Shown here: one piece after another, positions 29,701-43,462 of the stretch
Layout of the letters: each line of letters starts with the position of its first letter
How positions within the stretch are numbered: the stretch's first letter is position 1
NCBI GenBank assembly: GCA_030704615.1
Contig: CM060732.1
Location: 23,560,001-23,624,000 of the forward strand
DNA length: 64,000 nt
Direction of reading: 5' to 3'
DNA from: Takakia lepidozioides
Taxonomy: Eukaryota; Plantae; Bryophyta
Made by a program: the position numbers and the translations under genes
Notes under the pieces: generated by a model
What the model was told of the DNA's origin: nothing
Database searches by the model: none
Seen by the model: the letters and a program-made list of their open reading frames with translations, nothing else

Positions 29701-32700
29701 CCTGGTCAATTGGAGTCCCATCCCTTCCAGTAAAGTGCAAATTTTGCGATGAAGGTTGCAAACAGAGCTCCGTGGGTAGGACGGATGGCAAGGAATATAG
29801 GACAAACTAAAGGAGAATTTTCTCCTAGATTTCTTGGCTGGCACCTTCTTGATCTGATATGCGAATGCCCTTCATGTCAACAAGTAATCACATAACACAG
29901 AAGCAAAGAACTCACATTGAATTTGAAGTCGCGAGATTTGCGGTCAGTGTAGTGAAACTCGTAGTCCCGGATAATCTCTCTGTCTTCTTGGTTGCCAGTG
30001 TAGACAACACAATTCATATCGGTCAAAGATTCCACTTCTCGCTGCCAGTGCCCAAGAGTCGAAACAGGTGCAATCACCAAGAAAGGACCCCTAATTCTTC
30101 GTTTCATTCGTAGATTCTCAAGCATTGCAACCGACTGCATACAGGACAAAAAGCCAAGTTGTTATCATGCAGTCACAATAAGGGAGAACATGTCTGTGTT
30201 CCCTCAGATTTCCTTCTAAATAGCAACTTGGTTTTCAGAAGTGCTCACCTGCACACAAGGCATACCCAGAAATCACTTAATTTGCTGGTCAACCTCATAG
30301 CTAAGTCAAACCAAAACTTCAAAAGTTGGATGAGGGGGTATTTCAATGATCCCAGCAAAGACTGTAGGCTGGTATGTAACAAGAGCTGACCTGTATTGTC
30401 TTCCCCAAACCCATCTCATCGGCCAGTACACAGTTGGTGCGGTTCTCAAAATTGTGGTCAAGCCATGCAACACCAGCCTCCTGATAATCACGGAGTGACC
30501 GCCCATCTTTGAAAACCCGGGTGTTTGAGTTTCCAACTTGACGAACACTAGAGATCCTTAGGTTGAAATGATGGAAACGATGAATTTCAGCAGCATCCCC
30601 TGCCAGATTGTCTTCTTTCTCCCAAGTTGCCTCTGAATATGGGAGCCCACACCATTTAACCAGGTAGCACTTGCTTCGGCCACGCTGCTCAACTGCAATG
30701 ATTCTATCAATTTTCGTATAAAGTGGGTCAAACGCAGGGCTATCTTTGATCTCAAGAACATGCCCTTCCACCCTTTCTAGCTGGTCAAGTCGTTTCAAAA
30801 AGTTCCTCAGAAGCTGTGGGCAGTGCTTCTGCAAGAGACCCTCCTGCACATTGACAACATTCCTGTAACTTTTTTCCTTCTCTTTCACACAGAAGACTGT
30901 GCAAGGTTCACCAGCCATATTCCTGACTGAGAGAATCTTCTCCACATGCCCAATGCGTTTTACAAGGCATCCTATTTTTCCATTTCCTTCGGTCATGAGC
31001 CCAAAAATGTCTACCCTCCAAGCTACGGGAGTTTCATATTTCGGAATTTCAAGAATGCCATTGGCAGCTGCAAGTTCTTGGACCCCCTCTTTGCCATTGA
31101 GCTGGGCATCCTGCATGTTCTTTTCGCCAGCTTGATTTTCACGTTCACTTACTCGACAAATCCTGCGGAGTTTTTTGACAGGGCTGGCAGTGGCATCCTT
31201 GCTTGGAACCTGTTGCTCCTTATCTGTAAGATAAATAAGCTGGGTATCAAGAAGCAGGGGATCCATGGAAGCTCAAGGCTGCTTCTAAACAGTCAGAAGG
31301 TCAGGAGCTTCATCATTCATGCCATTCCCTTCCAGTTTCTATATAGGATTACCAAGCCCTATGAACAGCCCAACTACATTGGCAGCCATGATAAACAAGC
31401 AGTCCACAAGGCATACTGTTCCCAGCAAATGAAGTGCAGGGTGATCAACATCAATTCTCTCTTAGAACCCCACCAAACTATCATCCTAACCAAATTACTT
31501 TCCAATGTTGTATTTGCAACCCTATGGTGCCTCCCAGTTCGATACCGGTACCCAGATCGCACTAGTCAAACCAACTTGCAGGCATTCCAGTAATGGGACT
31601 ATTCTCAACAAGGACCCCTCTCGAAGTAGCAGCATGATCCTTGTCCAGCGTCAGGTTTTTGGTAGTCTGTGGCTTGCCCGTAGCAAGCTCTTCACCCGAA
31701 CTTTTTTAGACACCTGGCTGGAGCTGTCTCGGTCAATGCTACAAGTGACACTCAGGAGGATGCCCCACAACTACTATACACATTGAGTTCATCTATGCTA
31801 CAAACAACAAACAAGTCTCCATCATCAAGCCCATAGACAACATAGGGAACTTCACACCATCCTATTCAAAAAAAGTTAAATTGAACCCTTCCAAAAGGAA
31901 ACAAACTGAAGGGGTACTCACTAGCAATTTTGACGTTGTCTTCGTCTGAGGACGAATCCTCCTTCAAGCTTTTCACTGCACGGTTAGATCTCTGCGACCA
32001 CCGCTCACCAGCAACGGAACCAAAATCTGTTTTCGTCTCTTTGTCTTTTCCTGACACTGCAGACTTGTTCGCGTTCTTCCTCGTGTAGCATCTCAAAGGG
32101 CCCCCATCACCAGGCACACTCACATCAATGCTCTCACCCCCACCATTTTCCGTCCTGAAAGCAAACGCAGAGAAATCCGCTGGAGTTTTAGGTCCCACAC
32201 CTTTCCGATTGTCAGCTGGGCTGGCATGAGGCGGTGGGGATCGGTCTGAGAGCGGGTCACAGTCTTCGTCACTTGAGGCTTCCTTGTAGTTGACAGTTGT
32301 GGAACGCACTGCACGTGTTGAAACTGTCCTGCTCTCAATGCCATCACTGCATCAACAAAGAACTCCTCAGAACTATTAAGATTAATGCAGCAACACCACT
32401 TGAACATAGCCCCCATCTCAACGTCTCGAGATCCAGTGAAAGCTCTTAGTAGTTTGAATATAGCATTGAGGATGACAGTGGAAATACCGGGCATTTCGAG
32501 AATTGTTGGCCAGATGTAGGTCATCGCATTCCCCATCACTAGAGGAAGACTCATGGTGGCTTACGGTTGTGGAGCGGCGCTCCCGTACCCTATCTCTCCG
32601 GGGTTCTGCAACCACTTTCCTCTTTCTCCTCCCTGCCTGGAGTGCAGGAGACACCTCAAATACATCGTCGCTATCACTCCTAGTACCATCAAAATCCATC

Positions 32701-33707
32701 AGTTAATCAGTGAGTGCAAAATTCATTAACGGTTGTCATGTAGAATACGAGCAAGATCCTCTCAAAGGTGATCGTACGAGACCATTCTAGAAGCGCAATT
32801 TAGGTAGGACTCCAAACTTGAGCGAACAAAACAAGTTGTTAGAACAACCATACTCCTTGCATGTGCGATCAGCTGATTTTGGTTTACTGCACCCTAGACC
32901 CCCAAGTTAGTCGTTTGACCTTACGTACATCAGTAAGTCTACTGCCGCTGCTGAGCGAGGGCTTCCGCGCAGAAACGTATCTTTACACTGACCATGCCGT
33001 GACCTAAATCCAACTCTTGGGAGACCTTCACTCACACATCTGATGAGTCCCTGTTAGACTCCGACGTCCACTACCACACAAATTAACACGTTCATGTGTG
33101 ATAGGCGCTTGCAAAATCGTAAATCGTAAATTAAAACCCCATTCTCTTCCTCGCTAGACAGATGACCCGCGGCAACTTTACGTGCATAAATAACTAGAAA
33201 ATCTTGACAGCAAGTCAGAGAAACGGGTGGTTGAGATCCACAGTCATTCACAAGAATTGTGGGACATACATACCCCGTGTCAGCCGCAGGTGGATCGGCG
33301 ACATTGCTCACATGGGGCTTTGCGTATCTCAGAAGAGTGTTAGCCGGCGCCGGCACCTTCGGCGCCGTCCGGTCATTATCAGTTGCATGGCTACCATCAT
33401 GACTAGAATCCCGCCCTCGCGTTTTACCTTTCACCTTCAGCCTTTTACGCGCAATCTGGAATCTCCCCCTGCGCTTGGGGACGACGACCACATCCGTGTC
33501 GGGGTTTGACGAATCTTCTGAAATTGCATCGCTCTCCTCAGTTTCCTCTCCCCCGGAAGCCTCGATGTCATCAGAGGTAGCTGGTGCTCCATTTTCAGAT
33601 CTCGTAGTGTCTCTTACTGGGAGAAGACCGTTAGTTTCCTGGAGAGATTCGGACCGCAGCACTGCGTCATCGGTATAGTCCACCTGCTTCCTCTCACGAA
33701 GATGCAT
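20717..33707 (-). CDS. CHD chromatin-remodelling ATPase (chromodomains + SNF2 helicase), CHD6-9/Kismet (subfamily III)-like; multi-exon
   Basis: Chromodomain [16 protein letters not shown]; helicase motifs [101 protein letters not shown]. Start ATG 33707 is inferred. Last exon 20842-20717 is in frame with the stop. Confidence 0.9.
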
Positions 33708-35381
33708 TGTACCGCAACAACTGCTTGCTCCAAAACAGGAAGCCTAACAGATCGTGACTGAAGGCCCTGTGTATCAGGCCCGCGCTTCAATGTAAATTAA
33801 AATCGAGGTAAGATTTCCTGGCAGTCTGTAGAGGAAAGATCATACTTTCCAAGCTTACAATTGTGCTGGAAGGAGGTATGAATGTCAATAACATCGTTGA
33901 ATAGTGCAACCCCAAGGGCGTGGCCCCCGCGACTCTAGTATACGCGATACCTATGGACTATGTTTTCTTACCAAAGATTAAAGGTGGCAAAATACGATTC
34001 TTCGTCGGAATGCAAATATGCAGGATCGACAACCAAACTTAATGCGACTAATGTACCTTGAGAACCCCCAGACAGATAGAGAGAGAGATAGATCTTCAAC
34101 AATAATTCCAAAAACGTATGTTATAAAAAGCAATGCAAGCTCCACCAGGGATGCTCCTCAAAAAGCAGACGCTGAAATGAGCTTTTTCACACAATCCTCC
34201 TAACCGCAGAGCTGAAGGGATGGAGAAACGTCCAAAATTGATCGCTTCAAGCAAAAACGAACTCAGCAGTTACGCATTTCACCAACACTCGATCTCAAAA
34301 TAGCATCTCTGCGAGAAGAGGCGAAGGGAGCCGTTGCATCCACAATCGACAGAGAGAGAGAGAGATCTGAAAAACGAATGCAGTATTGTGCGGTGCAAAG
34401 AAGTGAGGAGGAACAAGGGTTACTAAGGTGTGTAACTGCACTGGAGTGTGGCGCGCTGCGAGGGAAAAAAAGGGCTGGTGTGGAGCGTCACCGCGCACCC
34501 TGAGAAAAGCGCGGGGTTTCCAACTTTTGAACACAGCTCTTGTTCCCCACGTTCCCATCGCATCACATCCCTCGTCCATTTCGGCCCACGTTCGTCCGTT
34601 CGTTCGTAGATCGTTCTTAGTCTCTTCTCAGTTCGTGCCCAGAGTTCCCAGTTCTGTGACTGTTCGTTTTCCATTTTTTTTTTAAATTATTTTAATTAGC
34701 ATCTATTCTTATGGATAATAGACTGGCCCGGCAAAATCCATTGGATGATTCCAGACCGTTGGATTGGAGGTATCGGAATCAGTGATCCACGGCTGTGATG
34801 GTCGATGAAGATTGCTCGTTGGGTTTCATCCAGCATGGGCGCTATAGATGAATGACGGTTGTGAAAATGGATGTAATATACCTCTTCCGTCTTCGGCTAG
34901 TAAATGGAAGATCCAGTCTATTATTCATCCCGTCTGCGGTTAGAATTCCTTTAGATTAGGAAAAACGAAATCAAGCAACGCATTGGTGGAAATTTGTTAG
35001 ATTCTATCTGTACCGTACGAGGCTTATTTAGATTTGGAAATTATAAACCGTCCAGTTTAGTCATGTTGACGGTTCAGATCCGTCACGGCTCCTTCGTCTG
35101 CTGTGTGCAGCTATGGCGTGGTCTGAGGAGTAGAGAGACTGAGGAAGGAAGAGGAATGTGATGCAAGGGAGGCAGGTGAAGTGAAGGTGGAAGGATCTCC
35201 GGTCTTTTTCAGCTGATTACTCAGTTCTTACGATGATTTTCACTTGAAATCTTCAACGGGGAAAATTTCTGTTTGGTGCTGATCACAGTGTGGGCATGCA
35301 CAGTTGGGAAGCATGCATTCATCACGGGTGGGAGAACATCGATGGGAATGATTGAAGAATTCAAATCCAGAAGGGAAGGAG

Positions 35382-38300
35382 ATGGATTTGCTGAGGTGCG
35401 GGGGGCTATGGGAGACCCTGCTTCAATGCACACAGGATTCAAGGTCCAACAATGGTACTGAGTGTTGGCGCGGTGCGCGCTCTGCTAAAGCGAAGGCTGG
35501 AAAGGGGTGGTGTTGGAAATTGAGGTGCGGAAAGGATGCTGGCCCTCGGAAGCTTTTTCTGGGAAATGCCAGGCATGACGATCAACACCGTTATGCACTC
35601 GTTCGGGTGTGCGCCGGGTCCCAGTCTGTGGGGGGAGACAGTAGCGATTTTTTGAGCAGCCAAGTACGCATCAGGTTACACTCTCTTCCCAAACCGATCC
35701 ACTCGTTTCCCACTTTTCAATTCAAACCTGCACAGATGTTTGGAATTGTCAAAAATCTGCAGGCACAAGTGAATAAACCAAACAGTTTAAACAGGAATGT
35801 CTATCAATTTTATGAAACAGATACCGGTACAGGTTCCTGGTATGTACTTAATGAAACGTAAAACCTGCAAAATAGCGGTGAGAAGCAGACAGGTATCTCA
35901 AACATAAGAATGTGAGTATTTGCAGGACCAATTACTGCTGAAGGTGTGGCATGTGCCAAGGGAGGGAGTTTCTTTGCTAGATTGTTCAGGGTATCTCTCT
36001 TCTTGTACTCAGTTGATTTATGCAATTGGCAATAGATACTGTGTACCTTAGCAATGGGGTGCAGAGTATGGCGAAGTGCATAGAAGACAGGTTGAAAGCT
36101 TGTTGAGGCATAGATTAATTCATAATATGATCCTTCTTTCTTGCCAAAGAAATTATCAGTGGACATCATAGGCATCCCACCAATTTGTTGGAATCTTCTG
36201 TGCAGAGGGGGATGTGCATAGATTGTGACGGTGGAGGACTTTTGCTTGTGGGTTGGGTTTTTTTTAATGGTCTAGCAATTAAATAGTCTGCTCCAACTAT
36301 TTGACGGGCGTAATTAATCCTGCACTATTGGCTGTCCATGAGCAACCTGAGGCCTTACAATCAAAGCTTCCTCTCTTGCCTGAATGGACAATATTTGAGA
36401 CAACTCCCTGAAAGAAGACACTTACTGCAGATTTCAGCAGATTGGAGTCAGACAACAATCCCAAGACAGCAGTCAAAAAATGCATGAAGGCTGGCCAAGT
36501 GATAGCAACAGTATGGGAAGCATATTGAGGAGCCCCAATAGGGCACAATCAAATGGATCCGATGACTTACAATGCAAAGGCTCGGATGAGATTCTATCCA
36601 CAAACCATGGGGCACAGAGCTCACTGCTAGCAACAGAGAATACTTCCCAGAAAAGTGGAAGCAGAGAGGATGAAGTTTCAGCTGCCAAGGTGGGGGTCAC
36701 CGTCACCTCATCAGCATGTCCTCTGGAATCTCATGCCAGTTCCATCAAAGTGCATCCTAGTGTGGCCCTGGAAACTCCCCCTGGATCTCCTGCCAGTCCT
36801 CCAAGCAAGCATGTTAAGATGTTTGGTAATGTGTTACAAACGCCAGTGGCTCGGCCACACTTTGAGGGATTTCATAGTAATGATTCTGGTTTTCCTTCGG
36901 AATCAAAACCACTGCGGGTTCACCTGTTCCCTGTCCCAAGCAAGAGGAAGAGGAATCCTGTTCCAGGCAGAGGAAAAGAGAACAAAACTGCAGAGATTGT
37001 GAGGAAGGCAGTCATTGATGTGCTGGCACATGCGACTGACATGGTTGATGCATTGAATCGCTCGACAAAAGCACTGGGTGGTCATTGCTCTTTGTGGGAT
37101 CAGGCAAGCCTTCAAATGAACCTCAAATAAATATCAAATGACAGTATTTGTGCTTTCTGGGACATACCAGCAGTTCATTTACCAAAATTGACTGAAAATG
37201 TGTGCTTCTCAGATGATGAAGGAACTGGAGGTTCGGGGGGCTCGGAGACAAGCACTACAAGTCTTCCGCTACCTCCAAACCCAACCTGACTTCAAGCTGT
37301 GCGAACAAAACTTTGTGACAATCATTTCTATTCTTGGGCGAGAAGGCAAGCTGGGGCTTGCCCGGGAAACGTTTGATGGAATGGGAGAGGCAGGGATTAC
37401 GCCTACGCCTGTTTCTTATACAGTGTTGATGACAAGGTGAGAGAAGCCAGGTTTACTAGTGGGTATTAGCCCTTCATTCTTCATTCAATCTTTCAAATGA
37501 GATACTGACTATTTTTTGTGGTATACTACTGACAAATGCACATCTCTTACAGCTACACAAAGCATGGCCTGCTGAAAGAAGCTTGGGAGGTGTTTGAGTT
37601 GATGAAGCAAAAGGATTGCCTTCCCAATGTGGTCACATATAATACACTCATCCATGCTTGTGCTAAGAAAGGATTCTGGTTGCACAAGCTGGTGGACCTC
37701 TTTGAGGAGATGAAGGCCAAGGGTATCCAACCAGACGATATCACTTACAATTCCATGGTCAATGCCTGCATCCGCTGCCACCTCTTCGATACTGCCAGCC
37801 AAATCTTCAAGGAAATGAATACAGTGAATTGCTTGCCAAACATTGTGACGTATACAGCTCTTATCAACACTTATGGAAGAGCTGGTAAGCTCAAGGAAGC
37901 GTTGGAATTGTTTGAGGAGATGAAGCATTTGGGGCGTTCACCAAACTCCTGGACTTACAACTCTCTCTTGAAAGCATATGCAAATCAAGGGTGCTATGAA
38001 AAAGTTTTGGGGTTGTATGGAGAAATGGAGGATGCTGGTTGTGTTCGGGATCTATACACATACAATACTGTGATAGACATGTTTGGAAGGGGAGGGCTCT
38101 TTGAGGAGGCGGAAGGTGTGTTCATGGAAATGAAGATCAAGGGATGCACTCCCGATCGGGTGTGTCTTGTAACTTACAGCTAGTTGCATTGTGTATTTTC
38201 ACTCCTCTGATTTGAGTTGATTCTCAGATTAACTTTGAGGAATCATGGGTTGTTTCTTCAGGAAATAGTATTGGGTTGCTTGTGTCACACTTCACTGTAT

Positions 38301-39196
38301 ATGATGGTAAGTAGTGTATGGTGTCTGACAAGAACCTTGGCATGGCAGGTGACCTACAACACGATGCTTGATGCATACAGCAAGGGCGGGCAGACGAGGA
38401 AGGCATGGGAAGTATTGGATAATATGAAGCATGCAGGGTGTTTGCCTGACCTATGGACCTATAACATTCAGCTTGATGCTTTAGGCAAAGCAGGCAGTGT
38501 TGAGGAAGCTGCCCAGATGTTTCAGGCTCTGAAAGATGCTGGACTTTCTCCCAACCTAGTGACCTACAGTGCAATGGTTAACATCTATGGCCTCTGGGGC
38601 CTTGTTGACAAGGTCCAGAAGGTGTGGCAGGAGATGCGGGAGGCAGGGTGTGTACCAAATGCCACCGCATATTGTGGGCTAATCAACAGCTACAGCCAGC
38701 ATGGCATGCACCAGGTATAATTGCAAATATCATAGAACTTCTCCAGACTCTTGCAAGGTCTCCAAGGACCTTTCATGTTTGGTCTGTGCATTGTGCTTGA
38801 TTATAATGTCTCGAAGTGTTTTGAAATCAATGTGGTGGGGGTTCTCAGGAGGCTCTATCGACGTTCCAAGAGATGTGTAAATGTGGTGTCGAACCAGATG
38901 TGCAGAGCTACACTGCGCTGATGGATGCGTATGGGCATGCAGGGCTGTGTGATGAAGCTGAACGGTTGTTACTGCAAATGGGTCGTGCTGGTTTCATTGC
39001 TGACTGTGTGACCTACAGGGTGTTGGTCAGGGCTTTTGCCAAGGCGGACCGGTTTTATGATGGTCTGAAGTACTTTGAATATATTGTCGAACACCCAGAA
39101 GTGGACAGCATTGCTTCTCAAAAGCTGATCAGACAGTATAAGGAGCGCTATGCATATTATACTAAGTATTCCAAGAATCGTGTACAAATTTGTTGA
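35382..39196 (+). CDS. P-class pentatricopeptide repeat protein (multi-exon, likely organelle-targeted)
   Basis: Tandem 35-aa P motifs (PNVVTYNTLIHACAK, PDDITYNSMVNAC, PNSWTYNSLLKAYA, PDLWTYNIQLDALGK) across exons 37212-39196. The 5' exons (35382-35663, ~36438-37103) and the start codon are less certain. Confidence 0.85.
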
Positions 39197-41280
39197 AGAT
39201 CTGCGGGAGCAGTTGAAAGTGGCCAGGTTGCTCACAATCTGGAGAGTTATATTGACCAGTGGGTGATCGCCAAACCAGAGTGGGCCAAGCATGCTAGTAA
39301 GAGCCATGGAACATACGAAATAGCGACACTGGTGTCTGAGCTCGCGGTTGAAGATTTTTCCATGGCATGAACATTTGTACGCCTCAGTGGTTCTCGAGCT
39401 GTGCCAGTATTGGGATCCTTGCAACACTAAGAGCAGTCACCGTGTGGGAGCAATGTAAACAGGCGTCAGTATAGTGGAAAGCTGGCTGGCAGATTATCGA
39501 GGTATTTGACTGTCTACTATCCACCTGTTAAGTTGCCTGAACCCAAATGAAATTAGGGTAAGCAGACTACAGATGTCAAGTGGTGGTTTCTAGGGGGTGA
39601 AGTGTGGGGCAACCTTCTAGCACTGATATAAACATGCCCACTTGTTGGGCATTACCGTATACCTTCAGGCACTCGCCTCCTGCCAGGAGCCAGGCAGCTT
39701 CCTGAGCATGGAAGTTCCTAAAACACATTATCTCTTGCATGTTTCCAGGCTTATGAAGATGGAGAGCATTTAGTTAGGTTTATTCAAAGGACGTAAGAAC
39801 TCGGGAGGCAAATCAGTGGTGGATGTTGTTCCTTATTGGCAGGTGGCTTTCAGAAGTGCAATACTTGGGGTGTCCTGGAGTAAGCTGAGACCTGAAACTC
39901 GTCTTCCTCAGTGCAGAGCCAGGGATGAGCGGCAGACTTACAATGTTGAAAGAACACAGCTCTCAAATGGCTCAAGAGTCCCTTGTCACCAGTATTGAGT
40001 TCATCTTGTTACAGGAATTACTGGAAAGGGCACTGCCTTCTGTGGGTTGTTTAGATCAAATGACCAATATGGAACTTTGCATTGTGAAAATAACAGACTG
40101 TCTTTTTAGATGTGCTGAGTTCTAAAGCTCCATGTTTATGATTAAACAATTGCTCCATCCTGAAGCAGATCCAACCTGGAGATGATCCTGGATATGATCC
40201 TCAGCGCTCCAATCGACTAGCATTTCCACTTATGTACTATTATATCACCATACATGTAGGAATAAGTTCAAAACATCAGCACTTGAGCATGGGACTCAGA
40301 TGGAAAGTACCGCAGGTGTTGAGGCTTTGACCAGTATAAGTGCCCCACATTATGAGTACTTGGTAATTCTAAAAGCTGGCCTCAATACCATACACATAGT
40401 AAGATACCAAGTCAAGGGCTATAGGCTGCCTCACTCTGCTTTACTGATTGTTGAGCAATGACATCCCCACACTCTTGCTCGGGTTCTCTCATGTGTTAGA
40501 AATTGAGAGAGATTTACTGGCTTGTTTCGTCTCTTCGTGAGTCACTTGTGACCTAGCATGTGTTGGATATGGGACAAAGAAATGGCCTCATTATGCTATA
40601 GGATAGGTATGGTTATGGGTATCCGTATAGATTATCAACTAGATTATCAACTCTGGAGGAACACTTTCATTTAACATTAGTCTCTTAAAACATCTAGAAA
40701 CAAATGCCATTGAAGCTATGAAAAATCATTGTCCAACCATGATTCTATGCAGGCGTGGTAACCCCAAATTAACGGGCCTTGTCAATAGTCACATTGAGAC
40801 ATAGCCTGCAGAAACGGGACAGTCTCTCTCTTTAAGAGCATTGAAGGAACTTTCTACAAGCCTTTCTGAATGTCGCTTAATCTGGAGTGAGCCAGCATCT
40901 TGACAACAAGAGAAACTACAGGTGGAGGGACAAGCACACTATGTTAAGCTCCTAGGCCCTGCCATGGACAGTCTAAGACGGGCTTCTTAAAGAACCCTTT
41001 GGTTACAACATGGTAGTACAGCAAGCATTTAATAGTGCAACTGAATTGCCACAGTAGAATTCAAGCCTGTGGAAACGAACATGTACAAAACAATCACGCA
41101 GATAGGGCAACTAAAACATGACCTTCATGTCGATCCTACTGACAGCTAAGCATTGCTGGTGTTGCTGTATGACTCACTGTTCTCAACAGACTTCCAGCAT
41201 CCATGTACAGGCTACATCATGGAACATCCAGTCCACAAATGCTTGGAATCCTGAAATGGGCCTAAGACTATCTCCACTCG

Positions 41281-43462
41281 CTACTGAGTAAGAGGTCTGA
41301 CAGGTTCACTCACATCAGGATTTTGGGTGGGGGGAGGGGGATTAAAAACAATAGGGAATTTGGTGACGCGTGGCTTATCAGCCAAGATGTTTCGCTGCAC
41401 CCTGTTGATGAGGACTTTGGCAGGAGGGTCTTCACGCAAGGGCTCATCGACATACTCGTTGCTCATGTAGTAACCCACTCTAAGAAACTCCTGTCCCATG
41501 TAGGAGCATGTCAACAATAGTACAGTCACTCCTATGATGTCCTCATCCGGAATCTTCTGCGGCTCTGGTGGCTCAGCCTGTAGTCGCACCATCGCCCCAA
41601 ATCAGAGACACTCGCTGTCTACATTGTCCCATAGTCCTTGGGGCTACCTGTGGTCACTGCCATTTTCTCTAACAAAAAAATGGCATGGATGCAATGGCAT
41701 GCATGGCCTACATCTAAACTCAGGGTGGGAGCCTACCTTTGAACAAAACACAGATGCAGAGAGGGAAAAGAGACTGCAACTGCCCAATGTGCAGGCAACC
41801 TGAAGACAATATCCATTTTCTGATACATTGTCCAGGATAATCCCACCAGCCAGTGACCCTCTTCAGTAACATCAAGAACATGGTTCCTGCACCTGTGTTC
41901 ACCAACTTTGAAAATCTTGAGGCTGAGCCTAAAGCCCTGGCCCTGGTGGGGTCTAACTTTTGGGCTGCTCGCACACAGCAGATTGATGCTTGTGTGCAGT
42001 GCTTTGTAGAGGATATCTGGAAAGCCCGAAGTAATTGTCTACATACTGGAGTGAGCCCCTCACAAAGGTAGTGCCTCATCCAAACTTGGAGGAAGGGTCT
42101 ATGGCCGCAAGGCTACGGCAAACAAAGTCTTATGAGTACAATAGAAACACACTCATGTTATCCAAGAAGAAGGCTATACAACATGTTATAAGATAATGCA
42201 CACAAATCATGAATTGCTTACACCAGCGGGTTTTACTCCAGGGAGGGTTATTATCCTGCACCTTTGAACCCATGACTATATCTCTCCACTAGTGGGAGAT
42301 TCACACAAAGGATCATGGAGGAAATGTCGAATACTATGACAAATTCCATCTGCAACAAAAATCAACAGGCTCTAGTACCGTTTTGGAGGGGAGGGGTATG
42401 GGAGAGAGACAAGGAAGGCCATAGCTCTAAACAGTATCTCAAGCCTGTAGATGAAGAATCCACATGGACATGGTTTCTCATGCTCCCCAGCTCAGTTTAC
42501 TTATCCTCCAGGAAGGCCTGGGACTCCTTGTTTGACCTTCAGCTTTAGGCCACAAGTGGTCGTGGGCTCAAAGCCACATAGGATGTCACCCATTATGTCA
42601 CCCAAGCCACTTATGTGTGGGTGCTTAAGGACCGAGGACTTTCAAGTCCCAGCATGGAAAGGCCGTTGAGGTTGTAATCAGATCAGACTTTTACATCAAA
42701 GGTGGTGAATCTGAACAGTGTTGCAAAGACATTATCACAATCAGTGAGAGACATGAAACTGCCCAGCCTATATCATCTCCCAACCGAAAAGGCTTAATAG
42801 GTCACAGCCGTCTGGCATAAGAACACTGAATTTAAGTGACCTTACTGTGGATAAACACTCTCTGACACACACTCTTGCGCTTTGGTCATTCCACCCCTCA
42901 TGGCCCATTTCCGCATTCGTATTCCCATTTTCCCACTCCACTAACAAGAGAGCCACTACATAGAATAGAAACTCAGGAATTGAAAATACCTGGAACACAA
43001 ATCGGTAATTTCCAACATTGACAGGGCCCACAAGCACACTCTCCAAAACTTGGTCGTACTTCTCATCTTCAGCAGACCCCACGTAGATCAGCTTCCATTC
43101 CAGGTCTGCAGATGTTCGCCCATACAATGAACTATGACCAAATCTTGGCACAATGTAGGCAATTACAGATTCTAACAGAGGGTAATTGCAGAAAATTTTC
43201 TATCTGGTATTGCAGCTTGATTAGAAACGAGCCTGACAAGCACAAGCACTGGTCCAAAAAACCTTCACAATGGAGTGCATACAGATAGACATCAAAGGGT
43301 GCATGCATGCAGCTCAATATAGAGCTTCTGAGAGGGGAGAATGCTGTACTCACCATCTTTTAGAGGGACGAGACATTCATAGGAAATCTCAAACTGGAAC
43401 GGATTGAGGAACATAGATGGATTGTCGAGAACTGTCACGTTGGTCACGTTCACCGCACTCAT
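41281..43462 (-). CDS. ASF1: Histone H3/H4 chaperone ASF1 (3 coding exons)
   Basis: [31 protein letters not shown] | [39 protein letters not shown] | AEPP...[25 protein letters not shown]...[14 protein letters not shown], with canonical GT-AG junctions. Confidence 0.96.
41790..42141 (+). mobile_element. Longer copy of the intronic retroposon 3'-end family (antisense within ASF1 intron 2)
   Basis: Encodes [30 protein letters not shown] (compare 17030-17110) and ends GGCCGCAAGGCTACGGCAAACAAAGTCTTATGAGTACA. 5' boundary approximate. Confidence 0.75.
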
